Virus record (IMG/VR): IMGVR_UViG_3300017747_002435
Coordinates: 1-28,863 of that record
Length of the DNA: 28,863 nt
Direction: 5' to 3' (one strand)
From: a virus
Taxonomy: Duplodnaviria > Caudoviricetes
Below the pieces are notes generated by a model that saw nothing but the letters and a program-made list of their open reading frames with translations, did not search any database and was not told the DNA's origin. Below, in pieces: positions 9,158 to 16,711 of the stretch; the first letter of the stretch is position 1; every line of letters begins with the position of its first letter. The position numbers were made by a program, and so were the translations under genes.

Positions 9158-9490
9158 TTATCGGTCTTTACAGGGTTGTCCCGAATTATTTAGGAGTAAA
9201 TAATAAAATGAACGTACAAGTTTAACTAAATTAGAGCCGATTTGAGAAAGAAACTCAATAGGAAAATATCAGAGTACCACCAGTGGATGCAATGCTTACA
9301 GGGAGCAACATTCGACCTAAAAACTAATGATAGCGTACTTTGCCCTCGGGATAAGGGATATTTAGAATAAGCACTGAATTTGCAACTCAAATTTTTTTTA
9401 GACCCTTTTCTAAAATTAATTAAAAAGCAAAGGAAATCTCTAAAGTCTATTAATAAAGATTTTTAGGGATATAACCCTGATATTTTGTAA
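9158..9490 (+). ncRNA. Candidate structured non-coding element (ncRNA or origin)
   Basis: Largest ORF-free gap, more GC-rich than flanks, with several stems including AAAATATCAG (9263-9272)/CTGATATTTT (9477-9486). Confidence 0.4.
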
Positions 9491-9499
9491 AGTGAAGTT

Positions 9500-9560
9500 A
9501 TTTAGAATCATTATAAATTACAAATAATACTTGACAATAGTAAAAAGCGTTGTATATTTG
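9500..9560 (+). promoter_or_regulatory. Early promoter 1: palindrome ATTTAGAATCATTATAAAT-N12-TTGACA-N16-TATATTTG
   Basis: Same spacing at 11341 and 14731. Confidence 0.8.
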
Positions 9561-9579
9561 AATTATAAAAAAACAAATT

Positions 9580-9681
9580 ATGGAAACAAAACAATTAATC
9601 AAAAAAGCAGCATTAGACTTAATATGTTTAGTCTTATTATTAACTTCATTAGTAATTACTTTAACATTAGCAATTTTATAA
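9580..9681 (+). CDS. Small single-TM peptide (33 aa)
   Basis: METKQLIKKAALDLICLVLLLTSLVITLTLAIL; first ORF after promoter 1, A-rich start context. Confidence 0.6.
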   Translation: METKQLIKKAALDLICLVLLLTSLVITLTLAIL

Positions 9682-9683
9682 TT

Positions 9684-9881
9684 ATGAAAACACAATTAGA
9701 ACAAATTCAAAAACACCTAAAAGGCAAAAAAAAGATTACATCATGGGAAGCCATCGAAAAGTATCGCATTACAAGACTTGCACATTACATTTATGTATTG
9801 AGGTCAATGGGATGGGATATTGAAAGCAAAAAAGTCATTAAAAATGGTAAAAACTTTGTTAAATATGAATATAGAAACTAA
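9684..9881 (+). CDS. Winged helix-turn-helix DNA-binding protein
   Basis: ITSWEAIEKYRITRLAHYIYVLRSMGWDI pattern; true start ATG 9684. Confidence 0.8.
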   Translation: MKTQLEQIQKHLKGKKKITSWEAIEKYRITRLAHYIYVLRSMGWDIESKKVIKNGKNFVKYEYRN

Positions 9882-9882
9882 T

Positions 9883-10170
9883 ATGACACAGGAACAATTC
9901 AACGAAGCTATTTATAAAATAGAATCAGACGCTACACGCCAAAAAGTAGAACTTATGAAAAAATACCAAAAGTTTAAAGAAGGTCAGATAATATTTGACG
10001 AATACGATAAAATGCTGATTGAACGAATAGAATACAATACACACTACAATGACATTGCCTATTATGGGAAAAGGTACACAAAATCAGGGTTAAGCAAACA
10101 AAAAAGGGAAACTTATATATGGCAAAAGAACGGAATTTTGGCAAGCGACCAAACACAGTCAGAATCATAG
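9883..10170 (+). CDS. Hypothetical protein
   Basis: ATG directly after the upstream stop (alternative start 9865). Confidence 0.6.
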   Translation: MTQEQFNEAIYKIESDATRQKVELMKKYQKFKEGQIIFDEYDKMLIERIEYNTHYNDIAYYGKRYTKSGLSKQKRETYIWQKNGILASDQTQSES

Positions 10171-10373
10171 AAGAAACAAGAGAATTAAGGGAAAAACAAG
10201 GCTATCAATATGTATCAGTAGTTATTTTAAGGTCGGGCAAAAAATGCTATAAAACAGAATACAAAGAAAGTTTATATTTTGATACAGCCAAAGAAGCTGC
10301 AAAGCACGTTGATATCCAATTTATAAAAGATGGCAAAAAACCAATAAATGGAACACTTAAGAAAAAAAGTTAA
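10119..10373 (+). CDS. AP2-like DNA-binding protein
   Basis: YQYVS...YFDTAKEAAKHVD resembles the AP2/integrase-type DNA-binding fold. Confidence 0.5.
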   Translation: MAKERNFGKRPNTVRIIEETRELREKQGYQYVSVVILRSGKKCYKTEYKESLYFDTAKEAAKHVDIQFIKDGKKPINGTLKKKS

Positions 10374-10506
10374 AGAATTAAAGGTCGGAGAAAGTTTTAT
10401 TTTTGAGCGTGATGATTTACGAAAAATAAGGTCTTTAATTCAAAAAAAACAAGGTTATTTAATTGTTGCAGCACCTGAGGGGAAGTATAAATTAGAAAAA
10501 TTATGA
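10348..10506 (+). CDS. Small basic protein (52 aa), possible DNA binder
   Basis: MEHLRKKVKELKVGESFIF...; TGA overlaps the methyltransferase ATG. Confidence 0.55.
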   Translation: MEHLRKKVKELKVGESFIFERDDLRKIRSLIQKKQGYLIVAAPEGKYKLEKL

Positions 10507-11357
10507 ATGTATTAAGTTTATTTGATGGAATGAGTTGTGGGCAAATAGCCTTAAACAGAGTAGGTATAAAATATAATAAGTATTTTGCATCTGAAATTAA
10601 ACCACACGCTATTAAAGTAACACAGCATAATTACCCTAATACAATTCAATTAGGAGATGTTACCAAAATAAAAGTTTCTGATTTACCCAAAATAGATTTA
10701 TTGATAGGTGGAAGTCCTTGTCAAGATTTTTCCTCTGCTAATAAACAAAAATTAGGTTTAAATGGTATTAAATCAGGATTGTTTTTTGAGTATTTAAGAT
10801 TATTAAAAGAATTAAAACCAAAATATTTTTTACTTGAAAACGTAGCTATGGATGATTTTAGTTATAATACTATATCGCATTTATTAGGCACATTTCCAAT
10901 TGATATAAATAGTTCTTTGGTATCTGCACAATTAAGGCAAAGAAGTTATTGGACAAATATAGGTCAATATGAATTAGATATGTTTGGAATGAGATATTGT
11001 AAAATACCACAACCAAAAGATAAAAAAATAAGATTTCAATCAATATTAGAAAATGGTTATACTGATAGATTTAAAGCAAGATGTTTATTGGAAAGCGAAA
11101 GCAGACCTCTTGTAAGTAAAAATAAATTATACAGAAGATATAATGAACTTGGTTTTATAAATATTGTTTTTGATAACCAAAAGTTTTTATATAATGAAAA
11201 TATAAGAATATTAACACAATTAGAATTAGAAAGATTGCAAACAATACCAGAGGGGTACACTAAAATATTAAAAAGAAATGATGCAGCTTGTTTATTAGGT
11301 GATGGTTGGACAGTGGATGTAATAGCGCATATATTTAGTTATTTAGAACGATTCTAA
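10503..11357 (+). CDS. dcm: DNA (cytosine-5) methyltransferase
   Basis: Motif I SLFDGMSCG, motif IV GSPCQDFS, motif VI ENV, motif VIII Q.R.R, motif X GDGW. Confidence 0.93.
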   Translation: MNVLSLFDGMSCGQIALNRVGIKYNKYFASEIKPHAIKVTQHNYPNTIQLGDVTKIKVSDLPKIDLLIGGSPCQDFSSANKQKLGLNGIKSGLFFEYLRLLKELKPKYFLLENVAMDDFSYNTISHLLGTFPIDINSSLVSAQLRQRSYWTNIGQYELDMFGMRYCKIPQPKDKKIRFQSILENGYTDRFKARCLLESESRPLVSKNKLYRRYNELGFINIVFDNQKFLYNENIRILTQLELERLQTIPEGYTKILKRNDAACLLGDGWTVDVIAHIFSYLERF

Positions 11358-11401
11358 ATTAAAAATAATATTTGACAATAGTAAATAAATATCTATATTA
11401 G
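11341..11401 (+). promoter_or_regulatory. Early promoter 2: ATTTAGAACGATTCTAAAT-N12-TTGACA-N16-TATATTAG
   Basis: Repeat of the promoter 1 architecture. Confidence 0.8.
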
Positions 11402-11415
11402 TAAAAAAAACAATT

Positions 11416-11628
11416 ATGTTAAACGTAACCGAAATACAAATTAAACTTAAACGATTAGAAATGTACATAAATATGTACAACAAAGCTAAAATTATCAGCA
11501 TTGACAATTTTAATTGGTTTAATGAATACAAGGATAAATATTCTTTAAAATCTTATAAAAAACACCAAAAAATTATGAACAGATTAGAAAAATCAATTAT
11601 TAACCAAACAAAAACACTATGCGAGTAA
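11416..11628 (+). CDS. Hypothetical protein
   Basis: First ORF after promoter 2. Confidence 0.6.
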   Translation: MLNVTEIQIKLKRLEMYINMYNKAKIISIDNFNWFNEYKDKYSLKSYKKHQKIMNRLEKSIINQTKTLCE

Positions 11629-11792
11629 ACGACTTACACAAAAGAGAACGCAAGGTTATTAGATTAATTGACCAAGCGATTGAAGACAAACAAAGTCATA
11701 AAATGATGCAAGGTTATAACATCCTTACAAACATTGGCAAACGTTATGACGAAATAATACAAAGAAGATTACAATTACTTAAAAAAATATGA
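11619..11792 (+). CDS. Hypothetical protein (57 aa)
   Basis: MRVNDLHKRERKVIRL...; fills the gap, ATGA-coupled to the next gene. Confidence 0.6.
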   Translation: MRVNDLHKRERKVIRLIDQAIEDKQSHKMMQGYNILTNIGKRYDEIIQRRLQLLKKI

Positions 11793-11980
11793 GCCTATAT
11801 AAAGAATGTAGCAATTGCGAAGGCACTGGAGTTGCAATACTATCAAATTGCTGTAACGCATTATTTGACCAAGATTATATGCTTTGTTCTGAATGTTTAG
11901 AAAACATTGGGGATAATGATTGTTTAGAATGCAATGGTCAAGGTAAAATTTTAAAACACATTGAACACGACGAATATTAA
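11789..11980 (+). CDS. Cys-rich zinc-finger protein (DnaJ-like CxxCxGxG)
   Basis: CSNCEGTG, CSEC and CLECNGQG. Confidence 0.7.
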   Translation: MSLYKECSNCEGTGVAILSNCCNALFDQDYMLCSECLENIGDNDCLECNGQGKILKHIEHDEY

Positions 11981-11981
11981 T

Positions 11982-12509
11982 ATGAAAACAAGCGAAACAA
12001 TAACGGAATTAGCTAAAAGTTTAGTAGAATTTCACAAAGAGGTCGGAAAGATTATTAAAACCGACAACAATCCATTTTTTAAAAGTAAGTATGCTTCATT
12101 GGCTACTATTTTAGATGTAATTTCAGAGCCTTTGACAAAACAAGGTTTAGTTATTATACAGTTTCCTACAGAACAATATAAATTAACTACAAGGCTTCAG
12201 CACGTTTCAGGCGAATTTATGGAAGACACATACGAAATGCAACCTACTAAACACAGTCCACAGGATGCAGGTAGTGTTATAACTTATCAGCGTAGATATG
12301 CCATAGGTGCAATACTTAATCTTAACATTGATGAAGACGATGACGGCAATAAAGGTAGTGAGCCAGTGAAGTTAGATAAAAACGTTATAGATGAAATTGC
12401 AAAAACAGGTAGCCAGGAAGAACTAAAACAAGTGTTTGAGAAGTATAAAAATTTGCACAAGAATAACGAGTTTATTAAATTAGTAAAAGAGAAAAAAGAA
12501 CTTTTATGA
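11982..12509 (+). CDS. erf: ERF-family single-strand annealing protein
   Basis: NPFFKSKYASL, H.SGE, PQDAGSVITYQRRYA and DEDDDGN motifs. Confidence 0.92.
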   Translation: MKTSETITELAKSLVEFHKEVGKIIKTDNNPFFKSKYASLATILDVISEPLTKQGLVIIQFPTEQYKLTTRLQHVSGEFMEDTYEMQPTKHSPQDAGSVITYQRRYAIGAILNLNIDEDDDGNKGSEPVKLDKNVIDEIAKTGSQEELKQVFEKYKNLHKNNEFIKLVKEKKELL

Positions 12510-12763
12510 ACTTTGACAATTTAGAATACGAAAAAGTAACTGATGAAAAGGTAGAATTTTTACTATCATTAGTTAATACTTCGACTTATTCAAATGAGCA
12601 AAAAGATATATATATTCGTGAATTAGAAACTTTTGATATAACACCCGAAAGGTACGAAGAACTATCAAAACAAATTTTTAATAATCAATTAGACAGAATA
12701 AATGCAGGGCTTAACTATTCTGCAAGTGATATTAACCGAAAAATTAAAAAAGAAATATTATGA
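12506..12763 (+). CDS. Hypothetical protein
   Basis: Coupled ORF. Confidence 0.65.
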   Translation: MNFDNLEYEKVTDEKVEFLLSLVNTSTYSNEQKDIYIRELETFDITPERYEELSKQIFNNQLDRINAGLNYSASDINRKIKKEIL

Positions 12764-13011
12764 GTAAAGAAAAAAAATATGTTGGCAATGGCAAGGCTAT
12801 TGAGGGCAAATATGGGACATTTTACAATTTATCGTTAAATATAAACGATTTAAACAAAATTGAACCTAACGATAAAGGCTACATTAAAATCAGTATGAGC
12901 CAATTGAAACAACCCGATAAGTATGGCAATACGCATACTGTTTATGAAAATGACTATAAACCAGTGGCAAATGTAAATGATGTTGCAAACGATAAAGATT
13001 TACCTTTTTAA
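12760..13011 (+). CDS. Putative ssDNA-binding protein
   Basis: Short beta-rich protein ending in acidic DKDLPF; near erf. Confidence 0.65.
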   Translation: MSKEKKYVGNGKAIEGKYGTFYNLSLNINDLNKIEPNDKGYIKISMSQLKQPDKYGNTHTVYENDYKPVANVNDVANDKDLPF

Positions 13012-13404
13012 ATGAAACTACTCGAAGAAATAAAGTCAGCAATTACCCAAGCTAATAAAACAGACGATTTAGAAACTTTAATAGATATAAATGTTAAGTT
13101 AGCAGGGTACTTGTTTCTTTTATCAGAAATAGAAACATCTGCTCACAAAGGATATACAGATGCTTACACAGCACGAAAAGTAGAGGAAGCGAAGGCAAAG
13201 TTAAGCAATGAAGGAAGTTTAGGCGATAGAGAAGCAAAAGCATTAATTAACTGCGAGGAATTTCGCAAAACGGAGGGTAAATTTGAAGTATTATGGCAAA
13301 ATATGAAAAACACACGATTTGCCACTACTGAATTTATAGACGTATTAAAACAAAAAATAGCATATTTAAGAAAGATATATGAACTCGAAAGTTCCAATAG
13401 ATAA
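13012..13404 (+). CDS. Helical hypothetical protein
   Basis: ORF track. Confidence 0.65.
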   Translation: MKLLEEIKSAITQANKTDDLETLIDINVKLAGYLFLLSEIETSAHKGYTDAYTARKVEEAKAKLSNEGSLGDREAKALINCEEFRKTEGKFEVLWQNMKNTRFATTEFIDVLKQKIAYLRKIYELESSNR

Positions 13405-13534
13405 ACAAAAAAGAATATACGAAGACTATTTAAAAGGATTTCAAATAAAAAATTTAATGTATATGTATAATTTAAGCAGTTATACAATTAGTAAAATAAT
13501 TTCAAAAGGTTTAAAAAAAGAATATGATAATTGA
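13379..13534 (+). CDS. Small HTH protein (51 aa)
   Basis: Not in the ORF track; IYEDYLKGFQIKNLMYMYNLSSYTISKII reads as an HTH and fills the gap. Confidence 0.55.
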   Translation: MNSKVPIDKQKRIYEDYLKGFQIKNLMYMYNLSSYTISKIISKGLKKEYDN

Positions 13535-13718
13535 TGCAAACAAATATTTATCAGTAAATGAGTTTATGCTACTCTATAACTACAACTCACGCCAAAGAGC
13601 GTGGCAGGTAATAAAACAGCATAAAATACCAACAAAAGATTTTAAAGGTTTGACTTTAATTCCAATAGAATGCATACCATATCAAATAATCAAACGCAGT
13701 GGTTCGGATGCGGAATAG
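13524..13718 (+). CDS. Small DNA-binding protein (HTH/xis-like)
   Basis: YLSVNEF.....SRQRAWQVIK pattern. Confidence 0.5.
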   Translation: MIIDANKYLSVNEFMLLYNYNSRQRAWQVIKQHKIPTKDFKGLTLIPIECIPYQIIKRSGSDAE

Positions 13719-13987
13719 CACCCGAAAACGAAGAAATATGGCAGGAATTATTAAAGATGCCTAAATGGAGAAAGAAACCTAAAACAGCCATAGAATTAAG
13801 TATAAAAAAATTATCTATTTTTGAACCTGCATTCCAAAGGGAATTAATCGAAAGGGCAATATCAGGAAACTATCAGGGAGTTGTTTTTTCAAACACCATA
13901 AAGGAATACGAAAATTATAAAAAAAATGTCGGAGTTAGTAAAATTTCAAGGCTCGAACGAATTATCGGAAGTAATACAATCGGATAA
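13670..13987 (+). CDS. Replication-initiator C-terminal-like protein
   Basis: W....K...IELSIKKL...LIERAISGNYQGV resembles C-termini of phage replication proteins. Confidence 0.45.
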   Translation: MHTISNNQTQWFGCGIAPENEEIWQELLKMPKWRKKPKTAIELSIKKLSIFEPAFQRELIERAISGNYQGVVFSNTIKEYENYKKNVGVSKISRLERIIGSNTIG

Positions 13988-14567
13988 ATTAACTATTTTT
14001 CAAGCATACAGAGCAAAACCGCAGGTAGTAACTACTTTTTTGACTGCTTTTATGATAGAGTTTTGTTCTATTTACAAAATAGACGATAATAAAAGCCTTT
14101 CAGATGACGAAATAAAAGAATGCGTACAAATACTTATAAATGATTATAAGTTTCTTAAAAAGGATGATTTTTTAGTATTTCAGCGCAGAGCAAAAAGAGG
14201 TTTATATGGAAATTTATTTGGCTACTTTGATATGCCTACATTTTTTCAGATGTTAGAAAGTTATTGCCAAAGCCGAATAGAAGAAGCTACAAAAATTAAT
14301 AAGGTTAAAGTAGCTGAATTAAATAGAGAGCCTATTTCAGAAAAAACACAAAAGCTAATAAAGGAAACTATTGAAAAACTAAAACCCAAAAAAGTAATTC
14401 AAGAAAGCAACTATAAGCAAACAGAAGAAGAAAAACTACACTCTGAATGGCATAGAGAATTCTATAAACTTTCAAACGGTAGGCAATTTTTAGAAATTGA
14501 AGGCAAAAAAATGAATGTAAATGAGTACATCAATCATAAATTTATATCTAATCAAGCTCAAAGTTAA
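13926..14567 (+). CDS. Putative helicase loader/replication accessory protein
   Basis: Position and AKRGLYGNLFGYFD motif. Confidence 0.4.
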   Translation: MSELVKFQGSNELSEVIQSDKLTIFQAYRAKPQVVTTFLTAFMIEFCSIYKIDDNKSLSDDEIKECVQILINDYKFLKKDDFLVFQRRAKRGLYGNLFGYFDMPTFFQMLESYCQSRIEEATKINKVKVAELNREPISEKTQKLIKETIEKLKPKKVIQESNYKQTEEEKLHSEWHREFYKLSNGRQFLEIEGKKMNVNEYINHKFISNQAQS

Positions 14568-14736
14568 CGGGTTTAAAACAGCTTGTTCAATAGTAGGCAA
14601 AGAACCCTTTAACGTGAAAGACTACGAAATGAGAATTAAAGCGTCTTATTATCAGGGTAGGAAAAATATCCGAGAAAGAGATAAATTTGAGGTTATAGGC
14701 TTTGAAATTATAAAAGCTAATATAGGACTTATTTAG
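14521..14736 (+). CDS. Hypothetical protein
   Basis: ORF track. Confidence 0.55.
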   Translation: MSTSIINLYLIKLKVNGFKTACSIVGKEPFNVKDYEMRIKASYYQGRKNIRERDKFEVIGFEIIKANIGLI

Positions 14737-14791
14737 AATTATTCTAAATTGCAAATAAGTATTGACAAGTGTAAAAGTGTATGTATATTTG
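14731..14791 (+). promoter_or_regulatory. Early promoter 3: ATTTAGAATTATTCTAAAT-N12-TTGACA-N16-TATATTTG
   Basis: Perfect palindrome with the same spacing as the other two. Confidence 0.82.
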
Positions 14792-14811
14792 AATAAACAA
14801 AAAAAACAATT

Positions 14812-15036
14812 ATGGAAAAAAAATTTAACATTGAAGAAAAAAAACAAATTTTAGAAGACTTAGAATCATCTGAACATTATTTGATTATCTATACAAAAAC
14901 TAATGACCTTACCTATTCTATTGATGGCGATTTGGGTTATTTGATAGGTTCTGTATGTGATGATAATCCTGAATTTTATGATAAATTAAAAATGGCGATT
15001 AAGATTTTTGAATCATATAAAAAAAATATAAATTAA
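14812..15036 (+). CDS. Hypothetical protein
   Basis: First ORF after promoter 3. Confidence 0.65.
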   Translation: MEKKFNIEEKKQILEDLESSEHYLIIYTKTNDLTYSIDGDLGYLIGSVCDDNPEFYDKLKMAIKIFESYKKNIN

Positions 15037-15054
15037 TTATATTATTTCTATCAA

Positions 15055-15333
15055 ATGAACACTAACAAACAAAAAAATAAAATTATGTCAGAATTAAAAA
15101 CAGAACATTTAGTGTATATGTCAGACGAAATGTACACACCAATTCACTACAAAGGAATGATTGTTAAACAGCCATTTTTTGAAGGTAAAGGAAATCATTC
15201 AGTTGCTCAATTAGAAGCGATATGCGAACAATTCAAAGAGTATGTTCATCAGCAACAAATTATCAAGCAAAATTGTATGAAGCATATTGTCGAATTAAAG
15301 TTTGGTGTCGAGTTTCCACAGAATGAGGCATAA
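15055..15333 (+). CDS. Hypothetical protein whose stop lies in attC-like site 1
   Basis: Ends GCA-TAA-C (probable start ATG 15085). Confidence 0.65.
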   Translation: MNTNKQKNKIMSELKTEHLVYMSDEMYTPIHYKGMIVKQPFFEGKGNHSVAQLEAICEQFKEYVHQQQIIKQNCMKHIVELKFGVEFPQNEA

Positions 15334-15457
15334 CGGTTACAGCTATGAGTAGTGGCTGGTTTAGAACTACTCACTTTAAATTTAGAACAAATGATAATAG
15401 AAGCACAAAACATTAATGAACCACAAAGCCAGCCATTACTTATAGCTGATATTATAA
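15328..15457 (+). repeat. attC-like hairpin site 1
   Basis: GCATAAC-ggtta-CAGCTATGAGTAGTGGCTGGTTT ... AAAGCCAGCCATTACTTATAGCTG-at-ATTATAA. Confidence 0.75.
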
Positions 15458-15612
15458 GCCGTTTTTCTGGTGAAAATTTAATGAAACTACAAAAGCATTT
15501 TGTTAGCTTATATGGTAGTGATGAAATGGCACAAGAGAAAGCAAATAGCTTCGCAGTAGGATTTGGTAAGGCTTGTGAAATGATGTGTAAGGATTTACAA
15601 AATGGCTTATAA
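15391..15612 (+). CDS. Cassette 1 hypothetical protein (start codon inside the site 1 loop)
   Basis: MIIEAQNINEPQSQPLLIAD|IISRF...; stop TAA lies in TTATAAC of site 2. Confidence 0.7.
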   Translation: MIIEAQNINEPQSQPLLIADIISRFSGENLMKLQKHFVSLYGSDEMAQEKANSFAVGFGKACEMMCKDLQNGL

Positions 15613-15740
15613 CGGTTTGCAGCTTGTTGTCAGGTTGCTATTAGAATCATAAAATTATCAACTTAAATAAATGTAAAATATGGAAACGAAAATTTCAAAT
15701 GAAGCAGAAATCGGCAACTTGCAACAAGGTGCTGTTATGC
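15607..15740 (+). repeat. attC-like hairpin site 2
   Basis: TTATAAC-ggttt-GCAGCTTGTTGTCAGGTTGC ... GCAACTTGCAACAAGGTGC-t-GTTATGC. Confidence 0.8.
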
Positions 15741-16519
15741 CTTGTTTTATTCGTTCTCTTGAAAATTTGGAAGGGGAGGAATGGATGGATTGCTTGGGAT
15801 ATGATGGTATTTATTCTATATCAAATTACGGGCGAATAAAAAGCGAAAGAAGGTATGATTCAGCAGGAAGGTTAATAAAAGAAAAAATATTGAAGCAAAC
15901 TATATCTGCAAAAGGCATTCCGAGTGTTAAGTTTAGCGTAAACGGTGTAGCGACTACTAAAGAGCCTTTAAGATTGGTAGGAGAATGTTTTATTGGAGAA
16001 AAAAAAGATGATGAGGAATATTGTCATAAAAATAAAAATCCATTAGATAACAGATTGAAAAATATAATAATTACAAAGCGTTCAATAAGCAAAGAGATAT
16101 GTTACAAATTAGGAATACAATCAGATTGGGGCATTGGAGAAAATTCTAAAAAGGTAAAAGAATTACGGGCAAAAGAGTTTGATATTTTTGAAGATGGAAT
16201 ATTAAAACGAAGGATTTGTTCTTGTTGTTTTAAGGAATTAGATATAAATTTATTTTACCATACTTCAAAATCCGGTTTATACAGGAATGACTGCAAGGAT
16301 TGTGTTAAAAAACATTTAGGCGTTATAGATGTCGGGAAACTGATTTATAGAAAAGAATTAGCAAAGGCGGGATTAAGGTATTGTTCCTGTTGCAAAGAAT
16401 TGAAAAGGCTTGATTCTGACTTTGGTAAAGCAAAAAATAATTATATGGGCAAATCTAATAACTGTAAAGCGTGCGTTAATGACAAAAATGCTAAGTACCG
16501 TCTTAAAAATAAGGCATAA
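15680..16519 (+). CDS. Cassette 2: NUMOD4/HNH-like endonuclease with C-terminal CxxC zinc fingers
   Basis: EEWMDCLGYDGIYSISNYGRIKS (NUMOD4), HKNKNPLDNRLKN (HNH-like), repeated CxxC; start lies inside the site 2 loop. Confidence 0.8.
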   Translation: METKISNEAEIGNLQQGAVMPCFIRSLENLEGEEWMDCLGYDGIYSISNYGRIKSERRYDSAGRLIKEKILKQTISAKGIPSVKFSVNGVATTKEPLRLVGECFIGEKKDDEEYCHKNKNPLDNRLKNIIITKRSISKEICYKLGIQSDWGIGENSKKVKELRAKEFDIFEDGILKRRICSCCFKELDINLFYHTSKSGLYRNDCKDCVKKHLGVIDVGKLIYRKELAKAGLRYCSCCKELKRLDSDFGKAKNNYMGKSNNCKACVNDKNAKYRLKNKA

Positions 16520-16537
16520 CTTGCAGCTTGGCGAAGT
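16514..16537 (+). repeat. attC-like site 3, left half only
   Basis: GCATAAC-tt-GCAGCTTGGCGAAGT; no right arm found. Confidence 0.6.
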
Positions 16538-16552
16538 ATAATTAAACAAAGT

Positions 16553-16711
16553 ATGAAACGAACACTAAACAACCGATCCTTAACACCTATTAAAACAGAT
16601 AACTTAATACAAGCAAAGAAAAAATGCCGAGCAAAAGGCATAAAGTATAGAGTAATAGAAAACACTTTATTTATAGAACAATTAAAAGAAAAACGTTATG
16701 AAACTACTTAA
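16553..16711 (+). CDS. Small basic hypothetical protein (52 aa)
   Basis: MKRTLNNRSLTPIKTDNL...; read manually. Confidence 0.45.
   Translation: MKRTLNNRSLTPIKTDNLIQAKKKCRAKGIKYRVIENTLFIEQLKEKRYETT

Noticed and set aside
9531-9683. N-terminal extension of the HTH ORF from TTG 9531
   Set aside because: It starts inside the promoter TTGACA; ATG 9684 and a separate peptide at 9580 fit better.
15055-15333. A complete third cassette upstream of site 1
   Set aside because: Its end predicts a start like GTTATGCCTCATTC, which is not found upstream (only ATTATGTC at about 15082); the left boundary is unsupported.
15328-16537. CRISPR array or simple terminators as the explanation of the hairpins
   Set aside because: The repeats are diverged, ~130 bp long and separated by whole genes; they have no U-tract and their right arms are coding.
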